This document shows, piece by piece, positions 26,342-38,096 of a DNA stretch of 64,000 nucleotides. The notes under the pieces are model-generated. The model did no database searches and had not been told where the DNA came from. It worked only from the letters and a program-made list of their open reading frames with translations. Positions within the stretch are counted from its first letter, which is position 1. Each line of letters opens with the position of its first letter. Location: NCBI GenBank assembly GCA_964016885.1, contig OZ024755.1, forward strand, positions 35,588,001 to 35,652,000. Direction: 5' to 3'. The position numbers and the translations under genes are program-made. Source of the DNA: Eledone cirrhosa (lineage: Eukaryota).

Positions 26342-26388
26342 TGCTGACAATTGTTTCTTCCAAACTATCGTTTGGAATCATCAGAGCA
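26342..26388 (-). ncRNA. Minimal type I hammerhead ribozyme (intact core)
   Basis: TGCT CTGATGA TTCCAAAC-gata-GTTTGGAA GAAAC aatt GTC AGCA: perfect 8-bp stem II, palindromic AAUU loop III, GUC triplet. Confidence 0.9.
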
Positions 26389-26492
26389 GTAGCAATGTTT
26401 GTACATATAATTAACCACCTATTCAACTGAACAATCATATAGAACAATCATCAGTTGAGTAAGAGGTTAACTATATGTACAAACATTGCTAA

Positions 26493-26539
26493 TGCTCCGA
26501 TGATTCCAAATGATAGTTTGGAAGAAACGATTGTTAGCA
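26493..26539 (+). ncRNA. Hammerhead copy with core mutation
   Basis: TGCT CCGATGA TTCCAAAT-gata-GTTTGGAA GAAAC gatt GTT AGCA (U4C). Confidence 0.7.
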
Positions 26540-26731
26540 ATAAAATTATTTGAACATAGTTTTGATTATTGTGTAATTTATATTCCGGCTCTGTAAAAAA
26601 CATCTCATGTATTTACATTGAGCCATTTTTCTTACTGATAATAAGGTAGTAGTAAATTACTGACCTCTCCTGTTTATAGTTGTATATAGTGTATACATAA
26701 CTATAAATAATATTATTATATATATATACAT

Positions 26732-27045
26732 GGAGGCACATAGCTTAGTGGTTAGAGCATTGGCCTTGCAATCGAAAGGTTGTGAGTTCAATTCTAAGAC
26801 CGGGTGATGTGTTGTTTCCTTGAGCAAGACACTTTATTTCACATTGCTCCAGTTTACTCAGCTGTAGAAATGAGATGATAGGGACTCCACTGCAAAGTGG
26901 TCGTGGAGGTACCACGGAAAAAAGCACCCAGCACTCACTGTAAATGAGGTTGGTGTTAGGAAGGGCATCCAGCTGTAGAAATCACGCCAGAATCAGTTCC
27001 CGAATTTTCCTGCAAGCAGGGAAAAGCGGACGTAAAATGAAATCA
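26732..27045 (+). mobile_element. Family-A SINE with internal deletion
   Basis: As the other copies but lacks the 3' arm of the GATAGGGAC/GTCCCTATC hairpin. Confidence 0.9.
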
Positions 27046-27681
27046 TGAAATGATATATATATAGTTCCACACTGTAATGTGGTTGTTGTTAGGAAGGGCA
27101 TGCAGCTTTAAAAGACCCAGCCAAATTTACAGTCCTCACTGGAGCAAGGTGTGACACATGGCCAACCCTGGCCAGACTTACCTCCCGGCATGGACAACCT
27201 GTCTAACCCATGTAAGTGTGGAAAAAATGACGTTAAATGGAAATGATGATGATGATATATATATATATATATATATATATCACTGTAAATGAGGTTGGTG
27301 TTAGGAAGGGCATCTAGCTGGAGACCCTTATGAGCAAGACAAGGTCAACCGACCTAACATTGCCCACAACAGGACAACCCGTCTAACCCATGCTAGCGTG
27401 GAAGAATGGACGTAAAACGGTGATGATGATGATGATACACACACTCAATATACACATACAAACATCCAAAATATGTGTGAACATGAATATTTATGACATA
27501 GCTCAAGCCAAACATCTATATTGCGACTGTATATATATATAGATAGATATACACACATAAATATACATACATGCATACATATAAGTACAATCCATTAAGG
27601 GAACAGTAAAAATATGTAAAACATTCCAAAAATTCTGCATCTAATAACTGCATATATACTTGTACAGATACAAAGCATATA

Positions 27682-29093
27682 CAGTGGCGGACATGGAAGT
27701 AAGAACACTTTTATTTTATTTCATTTAATGCTCGAATTATGGTCGAAATCAATATTTGGTGGCATATCCTTTCTGTTTGATCACGGCAGTACATCTTCTA
27801 GGCATACTTTCCACTAATTTCATGCATTGGTCCAAACTGAAGTTGTTCCATGTCAGGTTGATGGTGGCCATCAGATTGTGAAAGTTTTTTGTGTTTTGAT
27901 GGCGAATTTCGCGCTTTATTAAATGCCACAGGTTTTCTATACAATTTAAGTCTGGCGATTGAGGAGGCCAATCGATGACCTTCCATTTTTTCTCATGAAA
28001 AAATTGCTTAACCGACTTTGCAGAATGACACGGGGCATTGTCTTGCACAAATTGCCAATTTAAAGGCATATTTTCATCAACATAGGGCTCCAAATGGTCT
28101 TCCAGGATCTTGACATAAGTGTTCTGGTTCATACTGCCGGAAATGGGAACAAGGGGACCGGTGCCCATAGCCGAAAATGCACCCCAGAACATGATCGATT
28201 TTCCACCATGTTTCACCGTTTTTTGAGAACACCGATCATCGAATTCCTCGTTTGTTCTCCTTCTGACATAAGTCTTGCCATCTGATCCGACCATGGTGAA
28301 TAGACTTTCATCTGAAAATAGGACTTTGCGCCAATCAACGGGTGTCTATGCGAGTTATTTGTATGCGAATGCAAGTCGTTTGCGACGGTTGGCGAGTGAG
28401 ATGAGCGGAACACGTCTGGCGATGCGACCATTGAGTCCGATTTCGCGCAGACGATGACGGACAGTTCTGACTGAGATATCCGAGATGTGGGAAGTGTTCA
28501 CTTCGGAGCAGATCTCGACAGCAGTCTTTTTTCGGTCATTTTCTGATGACCGGCCAATCGCTCTATCCTGGCGATCGTCCGTTTTTCGACTTGGTCCTGG
28601 TTTTGGCTTCGATTTGTATGATCCTGTACGTTCCCAAGTGCGCCAGGCTTGAATACAAGCAGTGGAGCTGCATGTTGTCATCTTAGAAATCACGCGGAAG
28701 GAAAAATTCAACTTTCTCAACTCGATGATCCGTGCCCGTTTAGTAGGACTCAAATCTCTTTTTCTCCCCATAATAATAAAATGCTGGAAAAAAGAAAAAT
28801 GTCATATATAACATCATATTTTATTATACAAATCTAAAATTTGCTAGAGTAGCTATGAAGAAAGTAAACATAGGAAATGCAAAGTGTTCTTACTTCCACG
28901 TCCGCCAAAATCTTGCTATAATTGCGTTAATGAGCCATAAAAACTGGTTCGCTTTACTAATTGGCTTAATAACAGAGATAGCAATAGAGAAATTATTTCT
29001 CCTTCTTTTGGCATATTGCAAAGTTACAGAAACAAAATAACTAAAAAGTTACATGCAAAATAAAAAGTGTTCTTACTTCCATGTCCGCCACTG
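27682..29093 (-). mobile_element. Full-length Tc1-family DNA transposon, 1412 bp
   Basis: 31-bp perfect TIRs CAGTGGCGGACATGGAAGTAAGAACACTTTT, TA duplication on both sides, transposase frame inside. Confidence 0.97.
27749..28771 (-). pseudogene. Tc1 transposase (DD34E), 340 codons with two in-frame stops
   Basis: ORFs 28355-28771 and 27749-28294 are in frame, linked by K*LA*TPVDWRKVLFSDESLFT; FSDES, QDNAPCH and SPDLNCIE with 34-residue D-E spacing. Confidence 0.95.
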
Positions 29094-29323
29094 TATATAT
29101 ATCCATATATATATACACATGCATACATATAACTCAAAATATACACATCCACACATACAATAACATCGATATCTACACACATGCATGTAGACATACATAT
29201 CTACCTAGTTGATGTTGTGTGAAGTCCAATGAGAGAGTCTTGTATCTATGTTAGAAATCGACTCTCTATTGGCAAAGATTTGTGAAATTATAAAACCAGA
29301 ACATACATACATACATGTATACA

Positions 29324-29892
29324 TGGTGGCTGCCAACTCGCTTTCGAGTACGACCACTACTTTATATCCATGTAGGAGAACCCCTACCGATGCGCTGAAC
29401 GAGTGTGACTTTTTAGTCCACCCAGCGACTTGAAAACTCTGGTACAAACACTACACTTGTGACAATTATTGACACATAGTGCTGGGCCCATTGTACCATG
29501 TGACGACAAGTGCAGAGAGATCTCCAGATATAAAGCAATGCCTGTGCCGTGAAGCTTTTATAGTGAGCAAAGGCACTGCACAAAGCCAGTCCCACTCTCT
29601 TAACCAAGATGATATTTACCAAAAAGAAGAACAAGTCAACATCATTGGATACCATCAGAGCTGCAGGTGTTATATCAGAGTTTTCCTTCTCCTAGAATTC
29701 TGCCTTGACAAAGGCTAAGGGGTCATCTCTCCCGGTAATTTTGGATGGCCATTGACTCTTAAGAGCTCCTTTGCCCTTTGACAGGTTTTGTTTTTAGTCC
29801 TGCAGGATGTCCAAAGTCACCCTCCTCACCAAGAAACCTTAGTGGGGTTGCCAGTTTAGTCGCCAACGACCCGACCTTGAGACAGGTTGTGT
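29324..29892 (-). mobile_element. Non-autonomous RTE-derived bipartite element
   Basis: Near-identical inverted copy at 40160-40702; 3' part encodes a C2H2 finger like RTE C-termini; flanked by (CATA)n. Confidence 0.75.
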
Positions 29893-29959
29893 ATAGATAC
29901 ATGTATACATACATACATACATACATACATACATACATAAATAAATACATATATACATG

Positions 29960-30445
29960 ATGACTGCAAACTCTGCTAAGAGTAATGCAATCGCTTGTCA
30001 AATTATAGAGTTTGGTGCACTTTTAGGCTACGGCCAGCCACACAAACCTGTAACATATCCTGAACAAGCAATGCCTGTGCTTTGAAGGTTTTTTAAGTGG
30101 GGAAAGGCCTTGCACTCGACCAATCCCACTCTCTGAGCATCGAAAACACTCCCAAAAAGGAGAACTGGTCAACATCATCGGATGTTTCCGAACCCACAGG
30201 TTTTTTTTCTTCAGAGTTTCCCTCTCATAGAAAGGTGTTGTGACAACAACTGGGGGCCTTTCACTCCCAGGTTGTCTCTGCTGAGTTCCTCGGGTCTTGT
30301 ATTTCATCTCACAGGGTGTACAAATACCACCCTCCTCACCAAGCAAGCTTGGTGGGGTTGCCGGTTTAGTCGCCGAGAACCCGACCATTAGACAGGTTGT
30401 ACTGAGTTACATGTTACCAGTAGCTCTAGAGAGCAACCTGACATA
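29960..30445 (-). mobile_element. Non-autonomous RTE-derived element (subfamily of 394-931)
   Basis: Collinear with 394-931. Confidence 0.7.
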
Positions 30446-30543
30446 ACATATATATACATAGCCACACATCTCTCCATCTCTATTAACTTTTGAAAATTGA
30501 GAAACTTATGAAACCAGTAAAGTTATAAGTTATTGTAAATAAA

Positions 30544-30885
30544 GGAGGCACATGGCTCAGTGGTTAGAGCATTGACATTGTAATCGAAAGGTTGTGAGTT
30601 CAATTCTCAGACCGGGTGATGTGTTGTTTCCTTGAGCAAGACACTTTATTTCACATTGCTCCAGTTTACTCAGCTGTAGAAATGAGATGATAGGGACTGG
30701 GGTCCCTATCATTCCACTGCAAAGTGGTCGTGGAGGTGCCACGGCAAAAAAGCACCCAGCACTCACTGTAAATGAGGTTGGTGTTAGGAATGGCATCCAG
30801 CTGTAGAAACCAAGCCAAAATCAGTTCCCGTCCCACCCTTCCAAGCAGGGAAAAAGCGGACGTAAAATGAAATGAAATGAAAATG
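30544..30885 (+). mobile_element. Family-A SINE
   Basis: Full-length near-identical copy. Confidence 0.92.
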
Positions 30886-30950
30886 AAACCTTCTTAAAGA
30901 CTCTAATTGCATTTATAACTTCATTTTCCTATATTTGTATATGTATATAC

Positions 30951-30985
<35 letters not shown>

Positions 30986-31247
30986 TATATACATACATAT
31001 ACACACACATATACTCACAATATATATGTACATACAAATGTCAGTAATATATGCGTGTGCATAAATATTTATCTATTTATGACACAGCTTAAGTCCATAT
31101 ATCTATATTGCGACTGTAGTTTTATACATACATACATATACATAGACACACACACATATATATATATATATACAGACATACGTATATACATACATAGACA
31201 CATGCATATATATATATACAGACATACATATATACATACATATACAC

Positions 31248-31290
<43 letters not shown>

Positions 31291-31574
31291 TATATACATA
31301 TATATACATACATAGACACGCACACATATAGACATACATATACACACACACATATATATATATATACATAGACACACACACACATATATATAAATATATA
31401 GACATACATATATACATACATACATAGACACACACACCCATTTATATATTTACATACATATACAGACACACACATATATAAATATATACATACATAGACA
31501 CACACATACACATACATATAAATATATACATACATACATATATACATACATACATAGACACACACACACATTTA

Positions 31575-31606
<32 letters not shown>

Positions 31607-32303
31607 CATACATACATACATACAGATGTGTGAGTGTGTATGGCTGTTAGTCAGTGAGTGTAGCCCATGGTGGAAGGGAGTGTTTTCTAATGCGGTAGCT
31701 GGTTGCTAGTATTAAGTCTAAGTAAACAACCCATTACTAAAGAAGAAGATAAAAACCTTTGACCATGATGTATTCAAAGTAATCAAAATAACAAACAAGA
31801 AGCAGCGTCAGAGAGAGAGAGGGGGAGAGTCAGGAATCTATTGTGCTTGGATTAGAAGCATTACTAAATGAATAACAATCTCCTATTGTTCACAACATGC
31901 TCTATAGTTTCTCACACTATCATATGGTAGACCTACACAATGGAGTCCAGTGCAACAAAAAGCAGGAAGGATTGATGAAGATGCTAAATGCTTGTCATAT
32001 GATAGGTTAAAAACAGTGAAGGGCTGTGGAATCTGTTCTTTTCACATGCTCTGGTGATGACAGCAGGAATCACATAGGACAACAACAAACTAAGAAACAA
32101 AGGGACAAACAAAACACAAAACAACAAACGTTCACACTAAAAGAATTGTACACACACACACACACACACTTACACACACTCACTCACACACACACAGTCA
32201 CACAAGCATATTTATACCTGTACATATTGATATTTATGTAAAAGATGTACATGGGTATTGTGTATAAACATAAATATATCTATATCTATACATACATATA
32301 TAT

Positions 32304-32334
<31 letters not shown>

Positions 32335-32444
32335 CCACACACACATACATATATACACATTATTGATATTTATGTAAAAGATGTACATGGGTATTGTGTA
32401 TAAACATAAATATATCTATATCTATACATACATATACACACACT

Positions 32445-32502
<58 letters not shown>

Positions 32503-32541
32503 AGTGTGTGTATATGTATGTATAGATATAGATATATTTAT

Positions 32542-32604
<63 letters not shown>

Positions 32605-32800
32605 ACACACACATACATATATACACATTATTGATATTTATATAAAAGATATACATGGGTGTTGTGTATAAACATAAATGTGTGTATATATATATATATA
32701 TATATCACACACACATACATATATACACATTATTGATATTCATTTATAATATATTATTATATGAATGGGTGTGTATGTCTAAATATAATTATATATGTAT

Positions 32801-32832
<32 letters not shown>

Positions 32833-32928
32833 ACCTGTTTGAGCAAGGTTTCTTTTATTTTGCTTGTTTTTGTAGAAGACTAAAATAACTTAATTTTCCA
32901 TATTTGCTGTTTGCTACAATTTGTCCAT

Positions 32929-32960
<32 letters not shown>

Positions 32961-32994
32961 TATTAAAGTATATATATATAAAATATAAATTTGA

Positions 32995-33320
32995 GTATGT
33001 GTTGGGTAATTACCGACACTTCAGTATGCAGGTTAGAGCACTCAATGAAGTGCGCAGGTGGGTCTGTTTACTCCAGAGTAATTTAAAAACAAGAAGTGTA
33101 AGTCAACAGGTTCTTTGAGGAAAAAAAACCCTACTTCATGACAGGGCATATCAAAAGAACGAAATAACAGAGGTAGATTTGGTCCCATCATTATATTTTT
33201 CAGTTTTTCTGTTCAAGTTCTAGCTGCCTGATGAGGTCATAGCTGTTGAATAATGGTGATCCCAAAAATATATATAACAGCGAATATTAATAAACGAAGT
33301 TAATTTTAACTTGTTGGCAA
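32995..33320. mobile_element. Decayed Penelope-like element with degenerate hammerhead(s)
   Basis: Terminal hairpin GTGTTGGG/TACCGACAC and GCACTC..AGAGTA stem at left; GCTGC-CTGATGA-GGTCA..TGATC..ACAGC on + at 33223-33281 lacking GAAA. Confidence 0.4.
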
Positions 33321-33321
33321 T

Positions 33322-33665
33322 GGAGGCACGTGGCTTAGTGGTTAGAGCATTGGCCTTGCAATCAAAAGGTTGTGAGTTCAATTCTCACACCAGGTGATGT
33401 GTTGTTTCCTTGAGCAAGACACTTTATTTCACATTGCACCAGTTTACTCAGCTGTAGAAATGAGATGATAGGGACTGGGGTCCCTATCATTCCACTGCAA
33501 AGTGGTCGTGGAGGTGCCACGGCAAAAAAGCACCAAGCACTCACTGTAAATGAAGTTGGTGTTAGGAAGGGCATCCAGCCGTAGAAATCAAGCCAGAATC
33601 AGTTCCTGTCCCACCATTGCAAGCAGGGAAAAGCGGACGTAAAATGATGATGATGATGATGATGA
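33322..33665 (+). mobile_element. Family-A SINE
   Basis: Full-length near-identical copy. Confidence 0.92.
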
Positions 33666-33716
33666 CTTACACTTCTTAACATCATCATTTTACGTCCGCT
33701 TTTCCCTGCTTGCATA

Positions 33717-34072
33717 TAGTTGTCCCCCGGTAATTACAGGGTTTACATTCCTAGAGCCCCCAGATGGAGTGAAAAGCCATGAATATTGGACACGGTTCAT
33801 AAAAATACCTATATGCATCAAAATATAACGTAAAATATAATAAAAAAAATACGGAGCGACTTATGTGAAGGGGGTTCCAAGAGACCGGCAAATATGGTAT
33901 ATTGTTATTAATAATTTAGCGTTAAAAAATATATATTGCCACGAAAAAAGCCATTAAAAAATCGCGGAAGATATTTACAGTTCTGCGAATATGGGGTGGT
34001 TTCCATAAACAATTATTAGTTAAGTTCTAAGGAAAATTCCGCAAATAACCGGGACCTCGAATGCCGGGGGTA

Positions 34073-34077
<5 letters not shown>
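33717..34077. mobile_element. pogo/Tigger-like MITE (~360 bp)
   Basis: Imperfect TIRs TAGTTGTCCCCCGG…CCGGGGGTACACTA with TA flanks. Confidence 0.7.
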
Positions 34078-34111
<34 letters not shown>

Positions 34112-34120
34112 TATATATAT

Positions 34121-34360
34121 ATAGTTATGTAATAAACAACATAAGGCAATTATTCCATTTACCAGTGGTTTCTTAAAAGCAAAGAATTTTGCTTTCAATC
34201 ATCAGAATGAAAAAAATCCTGGTCTGTTTATTGAATTTGGATTTTTACTTATTTTTACTTATTTTTACTTGCCTTATGTTGTTTATTACATAACTATTAA
34301 GCTCTGTTACCTACATAGAGCACTCTTTTTTCCTGGACTTTTCCGACGGAATTACTTCAT
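34121..34360. mobile_element. Penelope-like element with 29-bp inverted arms and a hammerhead
   Basis: Arms 34121-34149/34269-34297; flanked by (TA)n and (CA)(TA)n. Confidence 0.7.
34154..34211 (-). ncRNA. Type I hammerhead ribozyme (intact core)
   Basis: TTCATT CTGATGA TTGAAAGCAAA-attc-TTTGCTTTTAA GAAACC act GGTA AATGGA: 6-bp stem I, 11-bp stem II, 3-bp stem III, GUA triplet. Confidence 0.88.
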
Positions 34361-34361
34361 T

Positions 34362-34392
<31 letters not shown>

Positions 34393-34402
34393 TTGGCCAG
34401 AT

Positions 34403-34747
34403 GGAGGCACATGGCTTAGTGGTTAGAGCATTGGCCTTGCAATCGAAAGGTTGTGAGTTCAATTCTCAGACCGGGTGGTGTGTTGTTTCCTTGAGCAAGA
34501 CACTTTATTTCACATTGCTCCAGTTTACTCAGCTGTAGAAATGAGATGATAGGGACTGGGGTCCCTATCATTCCTCTGCAAAGTGGTCGTGGAGGTGCCA
34601 TGGCAAAAAAGCACCCAGCACTCACTGTAAATGAGGTTGGTGTTAGGAAGGGCATCCAGCTGTAGAAATCAAGCCAGCATCAGTTCCCGTCCCACCCTTG
34701 CAAGCAGGGAAAAAGCGGACGTAAAATGAAATGATGATGATGATGAT
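34403..34747 (+). mobile_element. Family-A SINE
   Basis: Full-length near-identical copy. Confidence 0.92.
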
Positions 34748-34819
34748 TTATATATATACTAACAGGTAGGGAAAACTACGCATGCAGTAGATGTTCAGAG
34801 AAAGTTGACAGTAGTAATC

Positions 34820-35425
34820 GCAGTGATAGACGCATTTTTCAAATGCAGGTGAGTTCTATAGAAGTGGTTGATAGCTTCTGGTACCTAGGTGATCAGATGA
34901 GCATGGGAGGGGGGTGTTCCGAGGCCATAGTATCTTCCTCTGTTGACAAAGAAGGGATTCTCCCTGTGTACGAAAGGTCAGTTATACGATGCCTGTGTGA
35001 GATGCGCGATGCTGCATGGTAGTGAGACATGGGCAGCAACTGCGGAGGATATACGACGGCTGGAGAGAAATGAAGCAAGCATGCTCCGTTGGATGTGCAA
35101 TGTCAATGTGCGTGAACGACCAAGCATAGATGAGTTGAGAGAGAAACTGTGTATAAGAGGGATAAGTTGTGGTGTGCAGGAGAGAAGACTGAGATGGTAT
35201 GGACATGTGATGCACATGGAGCATGACCGCTGGGTAAAGAAGTGCCAAGAAATCCCAGTAGAAGGAAGACTCAGTAGAGGAAGACCACAAAAAACATGAG
35301 CGGAGGTGGTGAGAGCAGACCTCAGATCGCTGAAGCTCACGGAGATGACGAAGGACCGTGACAAGTGGAGAGATGCTGTGCTGAATAAGACCCGTCCCAC
35401 CCTTGCAAGCAGGGAAAAGCAGACA
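34820..35425 (+). pseudogene. RTE LINE 3' fragment (RT C-terminus, internal deletion)
   Basis: MLHGSETW, RRLRWYGHVMHM, GRPQKT*; 3' end matches the family-A SINE tail. Confidence 0.9.
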
Positions 35426-37734
35426 TATGATTGGACACTACCGTAAACTCTTGGTAGATTTATCTACATATATATATATATATATAGCATAAACAAAGTT
35501 TTATATACATAACATGTATGTACTACCATTAGTTTTAGGGTCCAATCATGCTTTGAAATTGTGATGTTTTATATTCAGTCCACTGAAAACCTTGGTCAAG
35601 TTACATCTATTATAGCCAAGAACTAACTAATAGCTTTGGGGAACAAAAACTATAAAGAAATCCATCACAACTATATATAAATTTCTGCGATTCTGTCACA
35701 ACACAGAGTAGTTTGACTACCTCATACTACTCCTCTCTCTTTATTTCTGCTGCCTGTATGAAGGTATGTGTGTGTAAAAGGAAGGAAGGGGGTGGTGACA
35801 AAACTAAAGCAAAATAGTGGCTGGTGTTCTATTTGTTATGTTGTGTATGTGTGTATGAGTGTGTTTGTGTGAATGTATGTGTGTGTTTGTGAGAATGTAT
35901 GTCTGAGTGTGTATTTTTGTAAGTGTGTTTGTGTTTGTACGTTTATACTTATATACACACACATATAAATGTATGCACATGCACATACACACATATGCGT
36001 CAATGTGTTGATCACATGCAGCAGCATGTTGAAAAAAACCTTAGTTTATATATATATATTTCTGCCAAACAAAACAAAGACATGACAACTTCCCAAGTGT
36101 TAGTGCCATGATAAAATACAGTCGGTGTGCTGGCCTACTCAGAGGTCAGAGGCGCTGTATAAATATTGACCAGTCTGTCACTACATGTTCAACGCTTGCT
36201 AGCATGGAAAATGGATGTTAGATGATGATGATGATGATTAGGAAGGGCATTTGGTTAAAAAAAAAAAACCCTGCATCAAAGTCTTTTCCAATCAATACAA
36301 GAAGAGAAAAAATAGAGATAAAAGTGATGACGATGATAACGATGACGACGATGATGATGCATTTATTTAAATACAGTTGTGTATACACATATGAATATGA
36401 ATGTAGAGGTTATACATAATAGATCAGATTACACAACTTATAATATATTGTGTGTACATAACCATACTTTGTGATAGGTTTGTTGAACTTTACATCAACA
36501 CTTTCTCTATGTGTGTGTGAGTGAGTGGGTGAGTGTGTGTGTATCTGTGTGTGTGAGTGAGTGTGTGTGTAAGTTTGTGAGTGAATGTGAGTGTGTGTGT
36601 GAGTGAGTGAGTGTGTGTGTATGTGTGTGTGAGTGAGTGTGTGTGTGTGTGTATGTGAGTGAGTGTGTATGTATGTGTGGGTGTGTGAGTGAGTGAGTGT
36701 GCGTGTATGCGAGTGAGTGTGTTTATGTGAAGGTATGGTTTAGTGGTTAGGATGTTGGGCTCATGATCTTCAGGTCACTTGTAAGTTTGATTCATAGTTC
36801 TGGTGGTACATTGTATCCTTGAGCAAGGCTCTTTATTTACCATTGCACCAGTCCACTTAGCTGGTAAAAAGGAGTTGTAGATGTTATTGAAAGGGAGCCA
36901 ACCTTGTTACACACTATGTGATGATGGAGCTCGTTCAGATCTATGTTAAGGATACATGTGCTTGTGGAATGCTCAGCCACTTACATGTAAATTTCACAAG
37001 CAGGCAGTTCTCATCATCATCATTATCACCGTTTAATGTCCATTTTTCCATGCTAGCATGGGTTTAATGAATTATCCTGTTGTGAGCAGTAGCAGGTCAG
37101 GTGACTATGTCTTGCTCATACAGAACTAGTCATTGGAAACAATGAAGGCCCAATAACAACAACATTCACACAAATGTTACAGAATTTTATAAGACTTTCA
37201 CACCCCCAACACCACCCTCCCACACCACGCTTTCTCTGTAAAGTTATGTTGGTATCACAAAACATACAGCACACACTGTAAAGTGGTCATGCAGGCAACA
37301 CAACAAAAAGCACCCAGCACACATTGTTAAGTGGTTGTGTAGGTGTCATGACAAAAAGCACCCAGCACACACAGTAAAGTGGTTGTGTAGGAGACCTGGC
37401 AAAAAGCACCCAGCACACACTGTGTTGTGTAGGTGTCATGACAAAAAGCACCCAGCACACACTGTAAATGTGGTTGGCGTTGGGAAGGGCAACCAGCCGT
37501 GGAAAACCAGCCAGGAGCAATCCTATACAAGTGAGACACGGTCACCAACCAAACTTGCCTCTAATGGGATAAACCCGTCTAACCCATGCTAGTGTGGAAA
37601 ATTGACAAACGATGATGATGATGATAATGGTGGACTGACTTAATGAAAGTCAAAATATTTCACTCACACCAGTCAGTTCCATATTCATCTTTCACTCACT
37701 TGGGATTTAAATGCCAACAATTTCCTCATATATA

Positions 37735-38052
37735 AGAAGTCACATGGTTTAGTGGTTAGAGAGTTGTATTCATAATTGTGAGGCTACGAGTTTGATTCCC
37801 AGACTGGGCGATGTGTTGTGTCCTTGAGCAAGATACTTTCATGTTGCTCCGGTTCTTGCAACTGCAGAAATAGGTTGCGATATTATTGGTGTCACGCTGT
37901 GCCCTGGGTCAACATCGATAGTGTAAAGAGGGGAAATTGGTATGAAGAGGTGACTGCTGCTCTTCCAAAGAAAACAAAAAACCCTTGCCTAGGCTTGTGC
38001 CTTGGAGAGGAACTTTCTAGGTGCAAACCCATGGTTATTCATGACCTAAGGT
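37735..38052 (+). mobile_element. CORE-type SINE (relative of the 15848 copy)
   Basis: tRNA head, TCCTTGAGCAAGA block, tail …CTAGGTGCAAACCCATGGTTATTCATGA. Confidence 0.75.
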
Positions 38053-38096
38053 GCAAACTCATTGTATAAATATACATATATATAGCTGTCCACTGA

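Larger units (their letters stand above)
26201..26580. mobile_element. Fold-back Penelope-like element with two hammerhead copies
   Basis: Arms 26301-26430/26451-26580; starts at a (TA)n tract; terminal GGTACTC..AGAGTA stem. Confidence 0.8.

Noticed and set aside
30544-30615. tRNA gene-like A/B boxes
   Set aside because: SINE heads continuing into CORE-like bodies; no complete cloverleaf.
33222-33246. AGCTGCCTGATGA resembles the miR-22/745 family 5' end
   Set aside because: The 3' half diverges and no pre-miRNA partner arm is visible; better explained as a hammerhead remnant.
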